The notes under the pieces were generated by a model. It was not told where the DNA came from. It worked only from the letters and a program-made list of their open reading frames with translations, and did no database searches. A DNA stretch of 64,000 nt, taken from Candidatus Omnitrophota bacterium. GTDB taxonomy: Bacteria > Omnitrophota > Gorgyraeia > Zapsychrales > Zapsychraceae. The stretch spans positions 79,828 to 143,827 of the forward strand of contig JAIORP010000090.1 in the NCBI GenBank assembly GCA_021108075.1. Reading direction: 5' to 3'. The position numbers and the translations under genes were made by a program. Shown here in pieces: positions 27,760 to 38,356 of the stretch (positions are counted from its first letter, which is position 1; each line of letters opens with the position of its first letter).

Positions 27760-29094
27760 ATGGTAAAAGTACGTTTTGCTCCCAGTCCTACCGGTTTTTT
27801 GCATGTCGGCGGTGCTCGTACAGCTTTGTTCAACTGGATGTATGCTAAGGCTCAAAAAGGAAAGTTTCTGTTAAGAATTGAAGATACCGACCAACAGAGA
27901 TCTAAACAGGAATATGTCGATGAAATTCTAGACAGTATGACCTGGTTGGGGTTGGATTGGGATGAGTTGATTTATCAGAGTCAACGTTTTGATATCTACA
28001 AGGAGCACGCTTTAAAGCTTGTCTCTGAGGGGAAGGCTTATCAAGACGGTGATGCGATTTTATTGAAAATGCCAAAGCAGGAGGTTAAATTTTGGGATCT
28101 TATCCGAGGAGAAATTGTTTTTGATACCGCAAGCTTTGTGGTTTGGGATGAAGAATCCGGGAGCAAAACAAATGAAACAGGTGAGGCGCAATTAAAAGAC
28201 GAGGTTTTATTAAAATCCGACGGGTCCCCGGCATACAACTTTTGTTGTGTGGTCGACGACGTTTTAATGGAAATAACGCATGTTGTCCGTGGTGAAGACC
28301 ATATTTCAAACACACCCCGCCAGTTGATTGTCTATCAATCTTTAGGTTTTAAGCCGCCGAAGTTTGCCCATTTGCCGCTGATTACGGGTGCTGATGGAAA
28401 ACGGTTGTCCAAGAGAACGGGTGCCGTCGCTGTCAGCGCGTACCGGAAAATGGGATTTTTGCCGGAAGCGACGATGAATTTTTTAATGTTATTGGGCTGG
28501 TCGCCAGGGAATAATCAGGAAATGATGAGCATGAAAAATGCAGTTCAAAAGTTTTCTGTAAAGAAAATTAACAAAACAGCCGCTGTTTTTGATATGGATA
28601 AATTTAGATGGCTGAATGGGCAATACATTAAACAGGCCGACCCGCAATATATAACATCTGCCCTGATCCCGCTGCTAAAAGAACATCAGCTTGTTACGGA
28701 TGATGTGGACCCGGGCTTTATTAAAGAAGCTGTCACGCTATATCAAAGTCGTTTACCGACGCTCATGGATTTTTTGGATCGAGCGCGCTATTTGTTTTTA
28801 GAAAAGGTTGAGATTGAACAGGAAGCCAAAGAAACAATTTTAGCAAAAGATCGGACAATGGAATTCCAACTTCTTGCCGACCGTTTGCACGCATTGGATG
28901 CCTATGATAAAGATTCCGCTGAAAAATCCTTTCGTGCCGTGGTTGATGAATTAGGCCTGAAGGCGTCTGACCTGGTTCATCCTGTTCGCGTTGCTTTAAC
29001 CGGCAGTGCGGTTGGGCCGGGGTTATTTGAAACGATGGCTTTGCTCGGAAAGAGTAAAACCGTTTACCGCCTGAAAAATTTTACGAACGAATAA
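27760..29094 (+). CDS. gltX: Glutamate--tRNA ligase
   Basis: Signature RFAPSPTGFLHVGGARTALFNW and KMSKR-like LSKR. Confidence 0.9.
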   Translation: MVKVRFAPSPTGFLHVGGARTALFNWMYAKAQKGKFLLRIEDTDQQRSKQEYVDEILDSMTWLGLDWDELIYQSQRFDIYKEHALKLVSEGKAYQDGDAILLKMPKQEVKFWDLIRGEIVFDTASFVVWDEESGSKTNETGEAQLKDEVLLKSDGSPAYNFCCVVDDVLMEITHVVRGEDHISNTPRQLIVYQSLGFKPPKFAHLPLITGADGKRLSKRTGAVAVSAYRKMGFLPEATMNFLMLLGWSPGNNQEMMSMKNAVQKFSVKKINKTAAVFDMDKFRWLNGQYIKQADPQYITSALIPLLKEHQLVTDDVDPGFIKEAVTLYQSRLPTLMDFLDRARYLFLEKVEIEQEAKETILAKDRTMEFQLLADRLHALDAYDKDSAEKSFRAVVDELGLKASDLVHPVRVALTGSAVGPGLFETMALLGKSKTVYRLKNFTNE

Positions 29095-29126
29095 ATGAGG
29101 GCCTTTGTCCTTATACGGATTTTTTT

Positions 29127-29198
29127 TGCCCTGTGGTGTAATTGGCAACACATGAGATTCTGGTTCTTAGATTCCAGGTTCGAGTCCTGGCGGGGCAG
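29127..29198 (+). tRNA. tRNA-Gln (CTG)
   Basis: Hand-folded with U1-A72 acceptor stem TGCCCTG/CGGGGCA, anticodon loop TTCTGGT and T-arm CCAGGTTCGAGTCCTGG. Confidence 0.75.
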
Positions 29199-29288
29199 TT
29201 TTTATAAGAAAGATAACGGGATCCGTCAATTTTTTATTTCAGGCCCCGACGAGAGATAAGCATGGAATAAAATGTGAAAGGATCGAAC

Positions 29289-29831
29289 ATGCAATGTCCT
29301 GTCTGTCAAAAAAATGTTTTAAAGAATCAAGAACTGGATAAAGGCTTGATGGCTAAGCATTGCCCTCAATGCGAAGGGAGCTGGCTGTCGTCTTTTCAAT
29401 ATTGGCGATGGCTGGAAAAACACGCTGAACGCCTCCCTGAAAAAGACGTGGATGAAGGGCTTATGGTTCCTGTCGAAGAGTCAACGGCGGGTAAACTCTG
29501 TCCGGAATGCGGATGTTTTTTAATTGGGCATAAAGTCGGACATGGCATTGTTTTTCAATTGGACCACTGCGCGACCTGCGGGGGAATATGGTTTGATAAA
29601 AATGAATGGGAGATTTTAAGAAGCCGTAACCTTCACGATGAACTCCATCTTGTGTTTAGCGCCGCATGGCAAAATGCACGAAAAAAGCAAGAACAAAAAG
29701 AGACGTATGAAAAACGGATCCAGTCCATACTTGGTGAACCGGATTATCAGCATGTCGTTGAATTTCATTCTTGGCTAAAGAACCATCCGCATAAAAGCTC
29801 CATCATGAGTTATTTAAAAGAAGTATGGTAG
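29289..29831 (+). CDS. Tandem zinc-ribbon (TFIIB-type zf) protein
   Basis: Two CPxC...CxxCxGxWxDxxE units. The start could instead be at 29274. Confidence 0.5.
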   Translation: MQCPVCQKNVLKNQELDKGLMAKHCPQCEGSWLSSFQYWRWLEKHAERLPEKDVDEGLMVPVEESTAGKLCPECGCFLIGHKVGHGIVFQLDHCATCGGIWFDKNEWEILRSRNLHDELHLVFSAAWQNARKKQEQKETYEKRIQSILGEPDYQHVVEFHSWLKNHPHKSSIMSYLKEVW

Positions 29832-30041
29832 GACCACGGGAAGCAATGTCAGCATTTTTTTATCAGTTACGGATATTTAGGCATTCTTCTGCTTCGATAT
29901 GTCCGTTTATGCCCGGTCGCCTGGGATTATTCAAAAACCATGCTGACCTCGAATTTTGAAGGAATATGGATCATGGGATTTTAAATAGCCTTAAATCAGA
30001 AATATTTGGATGAGAACAGGATATTGATTGAGGAGGGCATT

Positions 30042-30425
30042 ATGAAAGAATTGACAGGAAGGATTATTTTTGGAAACGGTGCGGCCGCCCAGCGTTTTAA
30101 AATCTGCCGGCTGGTCATGAAGAAGTACGGCCTGGTTTTTCCCCCGCTTCATTTTGGAACAATCAACATCAAATTAGACATGCCTTTTGAGACACCCTAT
30201 TATGGGATTATTATCCCGTATCATAAATTGGATGAAATTTCTTGCATGAATAAAGAATACTGGCAGTTCATTCCTGTTGATCTCGTGAACCAACGTAAGC
30301 GGCAGGGCTATATTCTTCGCACGAGCCTGAATATTCACGGTGACCGTGTGATTGAATTATTGACGGAAGACATCGCGACAGAGGCAGAGAAAGACAAGAC
30401 GATAACCGTAACCTTAACGCTGTAA
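30042..30425 (+). CDS. Hypothetical protein
   Basis: ORF with a strong SD (GAGGAGGG) before the ATG at 30042. No recognisable domain. Confidence 0.4.
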   Translation: MKELTGRIIFGNGAAAQRFKICRLVMKKYGLVFPPLHFGTINIKLDMPFETPYYGIIIPYHKLDEISCMNKEYWQFIPVDLVNQRKRQGYILRTSLNIHGDRVIELLTEDIATEAEKDKTITVTLTL

Positions 30426-30441
30426 TGGATTTGGTATTAAA
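30423..30441. repeat. Solo half-site of the repeat family, copy f (TAATGGATTTGGTATT)
   Basis: Matches the right TIR. It overlaps the stop codon of the upstream ORF. Confidence 0.35.
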
Positions 30442-30557
30442 GATCAGATGAATTTCTTGTATGCACGGGGTTCGTATTTGCAGGAGAATTTTTTTAAAAT
30501 GTGATATAATAGGTTTTTTTAGAAAACCATTCTTAAATCGAAAGCGGGCTTGTAACC

Positions 30558-32261
30558 ATGGATCATGCACAGGAGAATCGTTCTTCAAAGGAAAAAAAGT
30601 CAGTAGATTTTATTCGTACCATCGTTGCGGAAGATATCAAAAAACAAAAGAATAATGGCGAAGTTGTGACGCGTTTCCCTCCTGAGCCAAATGGATATTT
30701 GCATATTGGACATGCGAAATCAATCTGTCTTAATTTTGGCATCGCGCAGGAATTCAATGGAACATGTCATTTGCGGTTTGATGATACGAATCCAACCAAA
30801 GAAGAAGTCCAATATGTTGAGTCGATCAAGGAAGATGTGCTCTGGCTGGGTTTTAACTGGGCGGACAAGGAATTTTACGCCTCGGATTATTTTGAACGGC
30901 TTTGTCAGTTTGCCGTCCAATTGATAAAAATCGGCAAGGCCTATGTGGATAGCTCAACCCCTGAAGAGATTAGAGCCAGCCGGGGCACACTAACCGAGCC
31001 CGGGCAAAACAGCCCTTACCGCGACCGCCCCATTAAGGAAAATTTAGAGCTTTTCGAACAAATGCGCAAAGGAGACATGGACGAAGGCCAATGTGTGTTA
31101 AGGGCCAAAATTGACCTGGCGTCTTCAAATATCAATATGCGTGATCCGGTGATCTATCGGATTTTAAAGGCCCATCACCACCGTACCAAGGATCAATGGT
31201 GTATTTATCCTATGTATGATTTCACGCATGGATTGTCGGATTCCATTGAAGGGATCACGCATTCGCTTTGCACTTTGGAATTTGAAAATCATCGTCCTCT
31301 TTATGATTGGTTTTTAGAGGCGTTGCAAGTCCCGTGTCATCCTCAGCAAATCGAATTTGCCCGCCTGAACTTAACATATACGGTTATGAGCAAACGGAAG
31401 TTGTTAGAACTTGTTAGGCACGGGCATGTTTCTGGATGGGATGATCCGCGTATGCCGACGATCTCAGGTTTGAGGCGCAGAGGTTATCCCCCGGAAGCCA
31501 TTCGTGAGTTTTGTGACCGCATTGGTATCGCTAAAGTGGAAAATTTGATTGATATCTCCTTGTTGGAGTTTTGCGTGCGCGAGGATTTAAACAAACATGC
31601 GAATCGGGTGATGGTGGTTTTAGATCCTTTGAAGCTGGTCATCACCAATTATCCTGTGAATCAAACAGAGGACCTTGAAGCCATCAATAACCCTGAAGAT
31701 GAAAGCGCAGGAACACGGTTGATCCCGTTTGGGCGGGAGTTATATATCGAACGCAGTGATTTTATGGAAGACCCGCCTAAGAAATTTTTTCGTCTTGCAC
31801 CAGGGAAAGAGGTTCGTTTGCGGTATGCGTACTTCATCACATGTGAGAAAGTGATCAAAAATGATCAAGGGGGTATCCTGGAAGTTCATTGCCGGTACGA
31901 CCCGGCCTCTAAGGGCGGTCAATCTCCGGATGGTCGTAAAGTTAAAGGGACATTGCATTGGGTAGCGGGTCAGTCTGCTGTGACCTGCGAGGTCCGGCTT
32001 TATGACCGGCTTTTTTTTAAAGAAAATCCGGACAGTCCAAAGGATGAAACAGATTATAAAGCATATTTAAACCCGGATTCATTAAAGGTCGAAAAAGCGG
32101 CATTTGCTGAGCCCTGCTTAGCGTCAGCAAAGGTCGGTGACCGCTTGCAATTTGAAAGACTAGGTTATTTTTGTGTTGATCCAGACAGTAATAAAGACAA
32201 ACGGGTTGTCAATCGCACTGTTGCTTTAAAGGATTCTTGGGCAAAAATGAAGAAAATATAA
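30558..32261 (+). CDS. glnS: Glutamine--tRNA ligase
   Basis: [42 protein letters not shown] is nearly identical to the GlnRS HIGH region. VMSKR. Confidence 0.9.
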   Translation: MDHAQENRSSKEKKSVDFIRTIVAEDIKKQKNNGEVVTRFPPEPNGYLHIGHAKSICLNFGIAQEFNGTCHLRFDDTNPTKEEVQYVESIKEDVLWLGFNWADKEFYASDYFERLCQFAVQLIKIGKAYVDSSTPEEIRASRGTLTEPGQNSPYRDRPIKENLELFEQMRKGDMDEGQCVLRAKIDLASSNINMRDPVIYRILKAHHHRTKDQWCIYPMYDFTHGLSDSIEGITHSLCTLEFENHRPLYDWFLEALQVPCHPQQIEFARLNLTYTVMSKRKLLELVRHGHVSGWDDPRMPTISGLRRRGYPPEAIREFCDRIGIAKVENLIDISLLEFCVREDLNKHANRVMVVLDPLKLVITNYPVNQTEDLEAINNPEDESAGTRLIPFGRELYIERSDFMEDPPKKFFRLAPGKEVRLRYAYFITCEKVIKNDQGGILEVHCRYDPASKGGQSPDGRKVKGTLHWVAGQSAVTCEVRLYDRLFFKENPDSPKDETDYKAYLNPDSLKVEKAAFAEPCLASAKVGDRLQFERLGYFCVDPDSNKDKRVVNRTVALKDSWAKMKKI

Positions 32262-32273
32262 AGACAGGCATAG

Positions 32274-32981
32274 GTGTTCGATATGCTTAAATTTATTTTA
32301 TTTATTACCATGTTTTTTTTCTCATCTCATCACTCTGGGGACGCTGCAGAAAACGAGTTCATTTCACAACGGCTTCAAATGGTGGAACATCAGATTAAGC
32401 GTCGAGGAATTAAAGATCCGCGTGTTTTAGCGGCCATGCAAAAGGTTCCGCGACATCTGTTCGTGCCGTCATCTTACCGGAATCAAAGTTATGAAGATCA
32501 CCCTTTGCCCATCGGTAAAGGTCAAACAATTTCACAACCTTTCATTGTGTCCGTTATGACGGAATTATTAGAGCTCGATGGCAGTGAGAAGGTTTTAGAG
32601 ATTGGAACCGGCAGTGGCTATCAAGCCGCGATTTTAGCCGAACTCGCAAAAGAGGTTTATACCGTCGAAATTATTAATAGTTTCGCGGATGAGTCTAAAA
32701 AACTTCTGCAAACCCTGGGTTATGAAAATGTCCATGTCTTTTGGGGTGATGGTTATAAAGGCTGGCCTGAACACGCCCCTTATGATGCGATTATCGTGAC
32801 CGCTGCACCAAAAAAAATTCCTCAGGCATTGGTGGATCAATTGAAAGAAGGCGGTCGTTTGGTCATTCCTGTCGGTCATTTTTATCAAAAGTTGAAGCTT
32901 GTGATCAAACAAAATGGCCGTATGATCGAAAAAAATATTGTTGCGGTAAATTTTGTTCCCATGGTGCATCCGTCTCCCTAA
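32274..32981 (+). CDS. pcm: Protein-L-isoaspartate O-methyltransferase
   Basis: Motifs GxGQTISQP and VLEIGTGSGYQAA. The N-terminus is hydrophobic. Confidence 0.85.
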   Translation: MFDMLKFILFITMFFFSSHHSGDAAENEFISQRLQMVEHQIKRRGIKDPRVLAAMQKVPRHLFVPSSYRNQSYEDHPLPIGKGQTISQPFIVSVMTELLELDGSEKVLEIGTGSGYQAAILAELAKEVYTVEIINSFADESKKLLQTLGYENVHVFWGDGYKGWPEHAPYDAIIVTAAPKKIPQALVDQLKEGGRLVIPVGHFYQKLKLVIKQNGRMIEKNIVAVNFVPMVHPSP

Positions 32982-33008
32982 AATATTCATTTTTTCCACG
33001 AAAAAACC

Positions 33009-33037
33009 TTGCTGGAAACAGCATATACCAGTATAAT
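33009..33037 (+). promoter_or_regulatory. Sigma70-type promoter TTGCTG-17-TATAAT for the PHP-uvrD unit
   Basis: Consensus spacing and -10. It overlaps a CTGG-N12-CCAG dyad. Confidence 0.45.
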
Positions 33038-33083
33038 AAAGGCTTCTTCACTAGGCTCAAAAAACATTAGGATTGTTAGACTT

Positions 33084-34370
33084 ATGAAATTCTATGCCGA
33101 TTTTCACATCCATTCACATTATTCAAGGGCAACAAGCAAACTATTGAACTTAGAACATTTGCAATATTGGGCGCAATTAAAAGGGCTTCAAGTTGTGGGG
33201 ACTGGTGATTTTGTTCATCCGGGATGGCTTGATGAACTTAAAGAAAAATTAGAACCAGCTGAAGAGGGGTTTTTTCGATTAAAGAAAGAATATGCCAATA
33301 GCGGTCCGGCACCGGTTCCTGAAAAATGCCGGGGGGAAGTCCGCTTTATGCTTGTTGTGGAAATTTCCAATATTTATAAAAAAGCGGATAAAGTCCGTAA
33401 GAATCATAATGTTGTTTTTGTTCCCTCTTTCCGTGCGGCAGATCTTTTACAGCAACGATTAGATGCGATTGGCAATATTCGCTCGGATGGCCGTCCTATT
33501 TTAGGATTAGACGCGCGTGATTTGCTGGAAATGGTCTTAGAGACAGATCCGTTATCTTTTTTGGTTCCTGCGCATATATGGACGCCCTGGTTTTCTGTTT
33601 TAGGATCAAAAAGCGGATTTGATCAGATAGAGGGGTGCTTTGGGGATTTAACGAAACATATTTTTGCTGTTGAAACAGGGTTGTCCTCGGATCCCCCGAT
33701 GAATTGGCGTTTAACACAGTTAGACCCGTTTGTTTTGATTTCAAATTCGGATGCGCATTCTCCTTCGAAATTAGCGCGGGAATTTAATATTTTTGAAACA
33801 AATTTTGACTATCCTTCGATTTATCAGTCCTTGAAGAATAAAAAAAATAAGGGTTTCAAAGGAACGGCTGAGTTTTTTCCCGAAGAAGGGAAATACCATT
33901 ATGACGGCCATCGCGCGTGTCAAGTCCGCTTAACCCCAGAGGAAACGATCAAGCAGAAAGGATTATGTCCTGTTTGCGGTAAACCTGTGACGGTCGGTGT
34001 CATGTCGAGAGTTGAGGCGTTAGCCGATCGGTCGCGAGGGGAGAAATCCGCCCGTTGGCGTCCATACCACAGTTTAATCCCTCTTCCTGAAATCATTTCT
34101 GAGGCAAAAGGTGTTGGCCCGAACTCGAAAACCGTGCAGAATATCTATCATCAGATGTTGCTGAAATTAGGACAGGAAGTCTATATATTAATGGATGCCC
34201 CTATTAATAATATAGAAAAGGTAGCGGGTGATTTAGTGGCTGAAGGTATTCGTCGTGTGCGCACGGGAGACGTGAATATTGCGGCTGGATATGATGGAGA
34301 ATATGGAAAAATTCAATTGATCAATCAGGAAGACCGCAAGGCCCGGGCGGGGCAACTGTCCTTATTTTAA
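33084..34370 (+). CDS. PHP-domain metal-dependent phosphoesterase with C-terminal Cys cluster (endonuclease Q-like)
   Basis: N-terminal FYADFHIHSHYSRATS (PHP motif I), further His/Asp motifs and a C-terminal CPVCGKP. The start is placed at the ATG downstream of the promoter because the track TTG at 33009 is the -35 box. Confidence 0.65.
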   Translation: MKFYADFHIHSHYSRATSKLLNLEHLQYWAQLKGLQVVGTGDFVHPGWLDELKEKLEPAEEGFFRLKKEYANSGPAPVPEKCRGEVRFMLVVEISNIYKKADKVRKNHNVVFVPSFRAADLLQQRLDAIGNIRSDGRPILGLDARDLLEMVLETDPLSFLVPAHIWTPWFSVLGSKSGFDQIEGCFGDLTKHIFAVETGLSSDPPMNWRLTQLDPFVLISNSDAHSPSKLAREFNIFETNFDYPSIYQSLKNKKNKGFKGTAEFFPEEGKYHYDGHRACQVRLTPEETIKQKGLCPVCGKPVTVGVMSRVEALADRSRGEKSARWRPYHSLIPLPEIISEAKGVGPNSKTVQNIYHQMLLKLGQEVYILMDAPINNIEKVAGDLVAEGIRRVRTGDVNIAAGYDGEYGKIQLINQEDRKARAGQLSLF

Positions 34371-34427
34371 TGTAAAGAGCGGCCGGATGTCTCTTACATC
34401 TTTTTTTATGAAAATATTTTTAATGAA

Positions 34428-36455
34428 GTGAATTCCTCTGAGCTCTGCTGCGAGGAGATTCACTGGGTGGAATCTTTTTTTTCTTTTAGAATGAAGAGAG
34501 TGATGAAAACGGACCCCGATAAAAGACCGCAAGATGTAAATATGTCTCAATGGCAAAGCATTTGCTATGAAGGACAAAACTTGCTGATCGTCGCGGGGCC
34601 GGGAACCGGAAAAACACATACACTGATATACCGTGTTCAAAGAAAAATACAGGCATTATCGGAACATCAAAAAATTTTAGCCATTACCTTCACGCATAAG
34701 GCCGCCCAACAGATGAAGGAACGTTTGGCCTCCAGACACACAAACATAGACGAGTTTGTTTTTGTTGGCACGTTCCATTCTTTTTGTATGGACCTTCTTC
34801 GGAAATACACGCAAGACGCCCGCCTGCCGGAGGAGTTCTCGATCATAACGGAACAGCAATTGAAATCTTATCAGTCCATATTTTTTCCGGACGAAAAGGC
34901 ACAGGAGATTCGACGGAAACTGAGAGAGATTTCTCATTGGAAGTCCACGCAGCTCGACCAGGACAACCCCGAACATGTTCAGGCGTATAATCACGTTCTA
35001 AGGCAGTGGGGCTTTTTAGATTATGATGATATTCTGCGGGAAACTGTTTTGTTTTTAACGGACAATGAAGATATTGCCGTTCAGATTTCTCAGCAATACC
35101 CATTTATTTTTGTTGATGAATATCAGGACATGAATCCTGTTCAGCATGCCTTATTAAAACGAATTATTAAAAAGGGCAGTCAATTAACAGCGATCGGAGA
35201 CCCGCAACAAGCGATTTATAGTTTTCGAGGTTCGGACGTGAAATTTTTTGACCAATTTGAAAAGGATTTTCCCGCCAGTCGTATATTGTCCTTACACGAT
35301 CATTACCGTTCGGCAGCGAATCTTTTGCAGGCGTCACAACAGGTTATTAGCGCCCGGGCTGCGTGTGACGTTCCTAAACTTGTCTCGCAGATTTATACGA
35401 AGGGTCAGCTCATTCATCATATTTCCCCGACGGATAAAGCGGAAGCTGAGTATGTTGTCCAGCAAATAGAGTCCCTGATGGAAGGCACAAGCATGTTTTC
35501 GCATGACTCGGGCCGGGTGGACGAGACAATCAAGCCCTTGGTGAGTTTTAAAGATATTGCCGTTTTTTACCGTTTGAATCATCAAAAAAAATTAATCGAA
35601 CAGGCCTTGTTCCGCAGCGGTATGCCCTATCAAACCTCCGGAGATTGTTCCCCGGGGGAACAAATGCCAGTGTATGATTTTATCACATACTTGAAATTCA
35701 TTTCAGGGCTGGGTATCAATACCGCTGATTTAATGTCGCTTGTTTTTTTATTAAAGGCCGTGACAAAAAAAGATCAATCTCTAACGATTAAAGAGATTCA
35801 AGCAAGCAGCCCTCAAACCATATATCTTGCTCAGATGGATGCGTGGTTGGATATCCGCCGTATGTTCAGGAATGTCGAAGGTGTACAGTTTTTTTGGTCT
35901 GAGTTAAGACGGATGGAAACTCAATCAAGGGGCAGCAATTTTCAGGAAGTCTTTGACAATGTTATGAAAAGCCAGGATTGGAATGTCGTTTTGAAAGGGA
36001 ATCGACCGTGGCTGGAACGGCTGGAAGGTTTGAGGAGACGCTTAAAGAAATTTTTGACCATGCGTTCTTTTTGTGATGACGTGCTGTTGCAGCGTGCGGA
36101 AGACAGTGACGATTATGCGGTCGAACGGATCCATTTGATGACATTGCACGCTTCGAAAGGGCTGGAATTCCCGGTGGTTTTTATTGTTGGATGTGAAGAC
36201 GGAATTTTACCCTACCGACGTGAAGGTGCAACCGATATGGAAGAAGAAAACAGGCTGTTTTATGTAGGTATGACCCGCGCCCAGCAGGTGTTGTACTTAA
36301 CACAGGCCCGGAAGCGTTATTGGTATGGAAAAAAAATGATGAATCCTGTCTCGCCTTTTGTGACATCGATTGAGTCCGCATTAAAAGACATGGATATTAC
36401 ACCAAAAAAACAGAATAAATTTAAGTCAACCGAACAACAAATCACCCTCTTTTAA
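34428..36455 (+). CDS. UvrD/PcrA-family ATP-dependent DNA helicase
   Basis: Walker A AGPGTGKTHTL, motifs VDEYQDMNPVQ, TLHASKGLEFPVVFI and YVGMTRA. The true start may be the ATG at 34491 or 34536. Confidence 0.85.
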   Translation: MNSSELCCEEIHWVESFFSFRMKRVMKTDPDKRPQDVNMSQWQSICYEGQNLLIVAGPGTGKTHTLIYRVQRKIQALSEHQKILAITFTHKAAQQMKERLASRHTNIDEFVFVGTFHSFCMDLLRKYTQDARLPEEFSIITEQQLKSYQSIFFPDEKAQEIRRKLREISHWKSTQLDQDNPEHVQAYNHVLRQWGFLDYDDILRETVLFLTDNEDIAVQISQQYPFIFVDEYQDMNPVQHALLKRIIKKGSQLTAIGDPQQAIYSFRGSDVKFFDQFEKDFPASRILSLHDHYRSAANLLQASQQVISARAACDVPKLVSQIYTKGQLIHHISPTDKAEAEYVVQQIESLMEGTSMFSHDSGRVDETIKPLVSFKDIAVFYRLNHQKKLIEQALFRSGMPYQTSGDCSPGEQMPVYDFITYLKFISGLGINTADLMSLVFLLKAVTKKDQSLTIKEIQASSPQTIYLAQMDAWLDIRRMFRNVEGVQFFWSELRRMETQSRGSNFQEVFDNVMKSQDWNVVLKGNRPWLERLEGLRRRLKKFLTMRSFCDDVLLQRAEDSDDYAVERIHLMTLHASKGLEFPVVFIVGCEDGILPYRREGATDMEEENRLFYVGMTRAQQVLYLTQARKRYWYGKKMMNPVSPFVTSIESALKDMDITPKKQNKFKSTEQQITLF

Positions 36456-36456
36456 A

Positions 36457-38322
36457 ATGAAATCAAAAAAACGACTTAAAATTTTATTTGTTTTAACCGT
36501 AACAACATGTTTTATTTCCGTCGGCTCCGCAGAGGAACCCCCGATCATGGATTTAGACAAGATTGTCATATCGGCCCACCGCACCGAAACCGATTTGGAT
36601 GATGCCGTTGATAATATTGACGTCTACTCTGAAGAATTTCTCGAGCAGTTGCCGGCTGATAATTTAGGTGAAGCCTTGCATTATTTGCCGGGGGTGGATG
36701 TTTTGATCAATGGCAGTTTCGGCCAGGCGAAAAACCTGACGATCTATGGGTCCCAGGTGCGCCATGTGCTGGTCGCCATTGACGGGATTCCCATGAATAC
36801 GCAATTATCAGGCCAAGCAAATCTGAGCCGTTTGCCTATAGGGATTATTCAAAGAATCGAAGTGATCAAGGGCCCGGCTTCAAGCGCATGGGGTTCCAGC
36901 CTGGGTGGCGTTATCAATGTCATCACAAAGCAAGCCCCCAAAGAAGACGGGCTAACAGGAGAATTTTCCGCTTCTTTTGCCGAACACCACACCTTTAAGG
37001 AGACCCTCAATTTATCGGGACGCTCAAAGAAAATAAGTTATTTTTTTTCGGGGAATCATATGATATCTGACGGGATCAAGTCAAAGTCCAGGGCAGAAGA
37101 AAATAAGTTTTATCAAAAAATCAGGTATGATCTGACGGATGATATGTCGGTAACAGGTTCTTTTGGATATACGGGCGCGCAGATCAGTGACGGCGTGAAT
37201 CCGAACAATCGGTGGTACCATCTACCCTATAACACGCGTTTTGGGAAACTTCAATGGGATACTCTTCAGGACGAACAGCAATGGCATGCGGCTTATAAAT
37301 ATAATGATCAGGATGTCACAACTGATTTTTATCACGCGACAACAGATGCCCTTCTTTCTTCGACGGTCAGCCATAACGTCTATCAGGGATTAAGTCTGAA
37401 TGGACACCGGCGGATTAACCCGCAATGTTTATTGGTGACGGGGGTTGATTTTGATTGGCATCGATTAAAATCGAACAATTATTTGGAAGAAGCAAAACAC
37501 GTCGCGATGCAATCTCCGTATGTCAATCTGTTTGTTGAAAAAGGCCCGTGGTCTTTCGTCCCTGGCCTCAGATATGATAACAACAACCGGTTTGGCGAAC
37601 AGGTGAGTCCGAGCTTTGGGATGGTGTATAAAAGTTTGACCTTTCCTGATTTGAGCATTCAAACAAAGGTGTCACGCGCGTTCAACGCTCCGCCGTTATT
37701 GTGGATTTATAATGAAGACCTCGCATGGCTGGTCGCGCCGAATCCTGATTTAAAAGCAGAAAGAGGCCTTGTTTATGAAATCGGAATAGATAAAGCGTTA
37801 ACGGATAAATTAGATGTGAAGTTGAATTTTTACCGGGCAGATATTAAAGACGCGATTGCGGTAACGTTTAACGGGACCGCTTTTCAATCAGAAAATTTTA
37901 AGAAATTCCGCCGGCAAGGAGTGGAATTGATTTGGGCGTACGATTTTTCTGATGAATGGCGAATTTTTGGGAGTGGCGCGTTCAATGATGTTGAGAACAG
38001 ACAGACAAAGGAAACCGTTCGCGATTCCAGCATCGCGCGGCAAAGCTATCAAATAGGCGTCAATTATCAATATCAAGAAGAATGGTTTGTCTATCTTTCC
38101 GGATTTTATAAGCGCTGGAGCTCTGCGGCCTCTTTGGAGCCGAATGACAGGAAAATTATTTTAGACCTGAGCGTTAAGAAAAAAATAAAGAATATTTTTA
38201 AGGAGAACGATCTGGATGTTTTTTTGAACATTCACAATATCACCAACAGCAAATACTGGGCTTCTATTAATAATCCCTTACCTGGCCGGTACTTTGAAGG
38301 AGGCTGTACCGTTTCTTTTTAA
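36457..38322 (+). CDS. TonB-dependent outer-membrane receptor
   Basis: Signal peptide, TonB-box-like DKIVISA, plug and barrel domains, and a terminal aromatic residue (...VSF). Confidence 0.85.
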   Translation: MKSKKRLKILFVLTVTTCFISVGSAEEPPIMDLDKIVISAHRTETDLDDAVDNIDVYSEEFLEQLPADNLGEALHYLPGVDVLINGSFGQAKNLTIYGSQVRHVLVAIDGIPMNTQLSGQANLSRLPIGIIQRIEVIKGPASSAWGSSLGGVINVITKQAPKEDGLTGEFSASFAEHHTFKETLNLSGRSKKISYFFSGNHMISDGIKSKSRAEENKFYQKIRYDLTDDMSVTGSFGYTGAQISDGVNPNNRWYHLPYNTRFGKLQWDTLQDEQQWHAAYKYNDQDVTTDFYHATTDALLSSTVSHNVYQGLSLNGHRRINPQCLLVTGVDFDWHRLKSNNYLEEAKHVAMQSPYVNLFVEKGPWSFVPGLRYDNNNRFGEQVSPSFGMVYKSLTFPDLSIQTKVSRAFNAPPLLWIYNEDLAWLVAPNPDLKAERGLVYEIGIDKALTDKLDVKLNFYRADIKDAIAVTFNGTAFQSENFKKFRRQGVELIWAYDFSDEWRIFGSGAFNDVENRQTKETVRDSSIARQSYQIGVNYQYQEEWFVYLSGFYKRWSSAASLEPNDRKIILDLSVKKKIKNIFKENDLDVFLNIHNITNSKYWASINNPLPGRYFEGGCTVSF

Positions 38323-38333
38323 AAAAAAGTTAA

Positions 38334-38356
38334 AAAAGCAGAAAAGAGTCAGTTTT
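38334..38356 (+). promoter_or_regulatory. Conserved 23-nt upstream motif AAAAAGCAGAAAAGAGTCAGTTTT (site 1), 13 nt before a CTATTTAC -35-like box
   Basis: A near-identical motif with the same spacing to CTATTTAC recurs at 44195-44222. Confidence 0.4.

Noticed and set aside
33009-33083. N-terminal 25 codons of the track ORF 33009..34370 (TTG start)
   Set aside because: The TTG is the -35 hexamer of a TTGCTG-17-TATAAT promoter. PHP proteins start at the DFHIHS motif, so the start was moved to the ATG at 33084.
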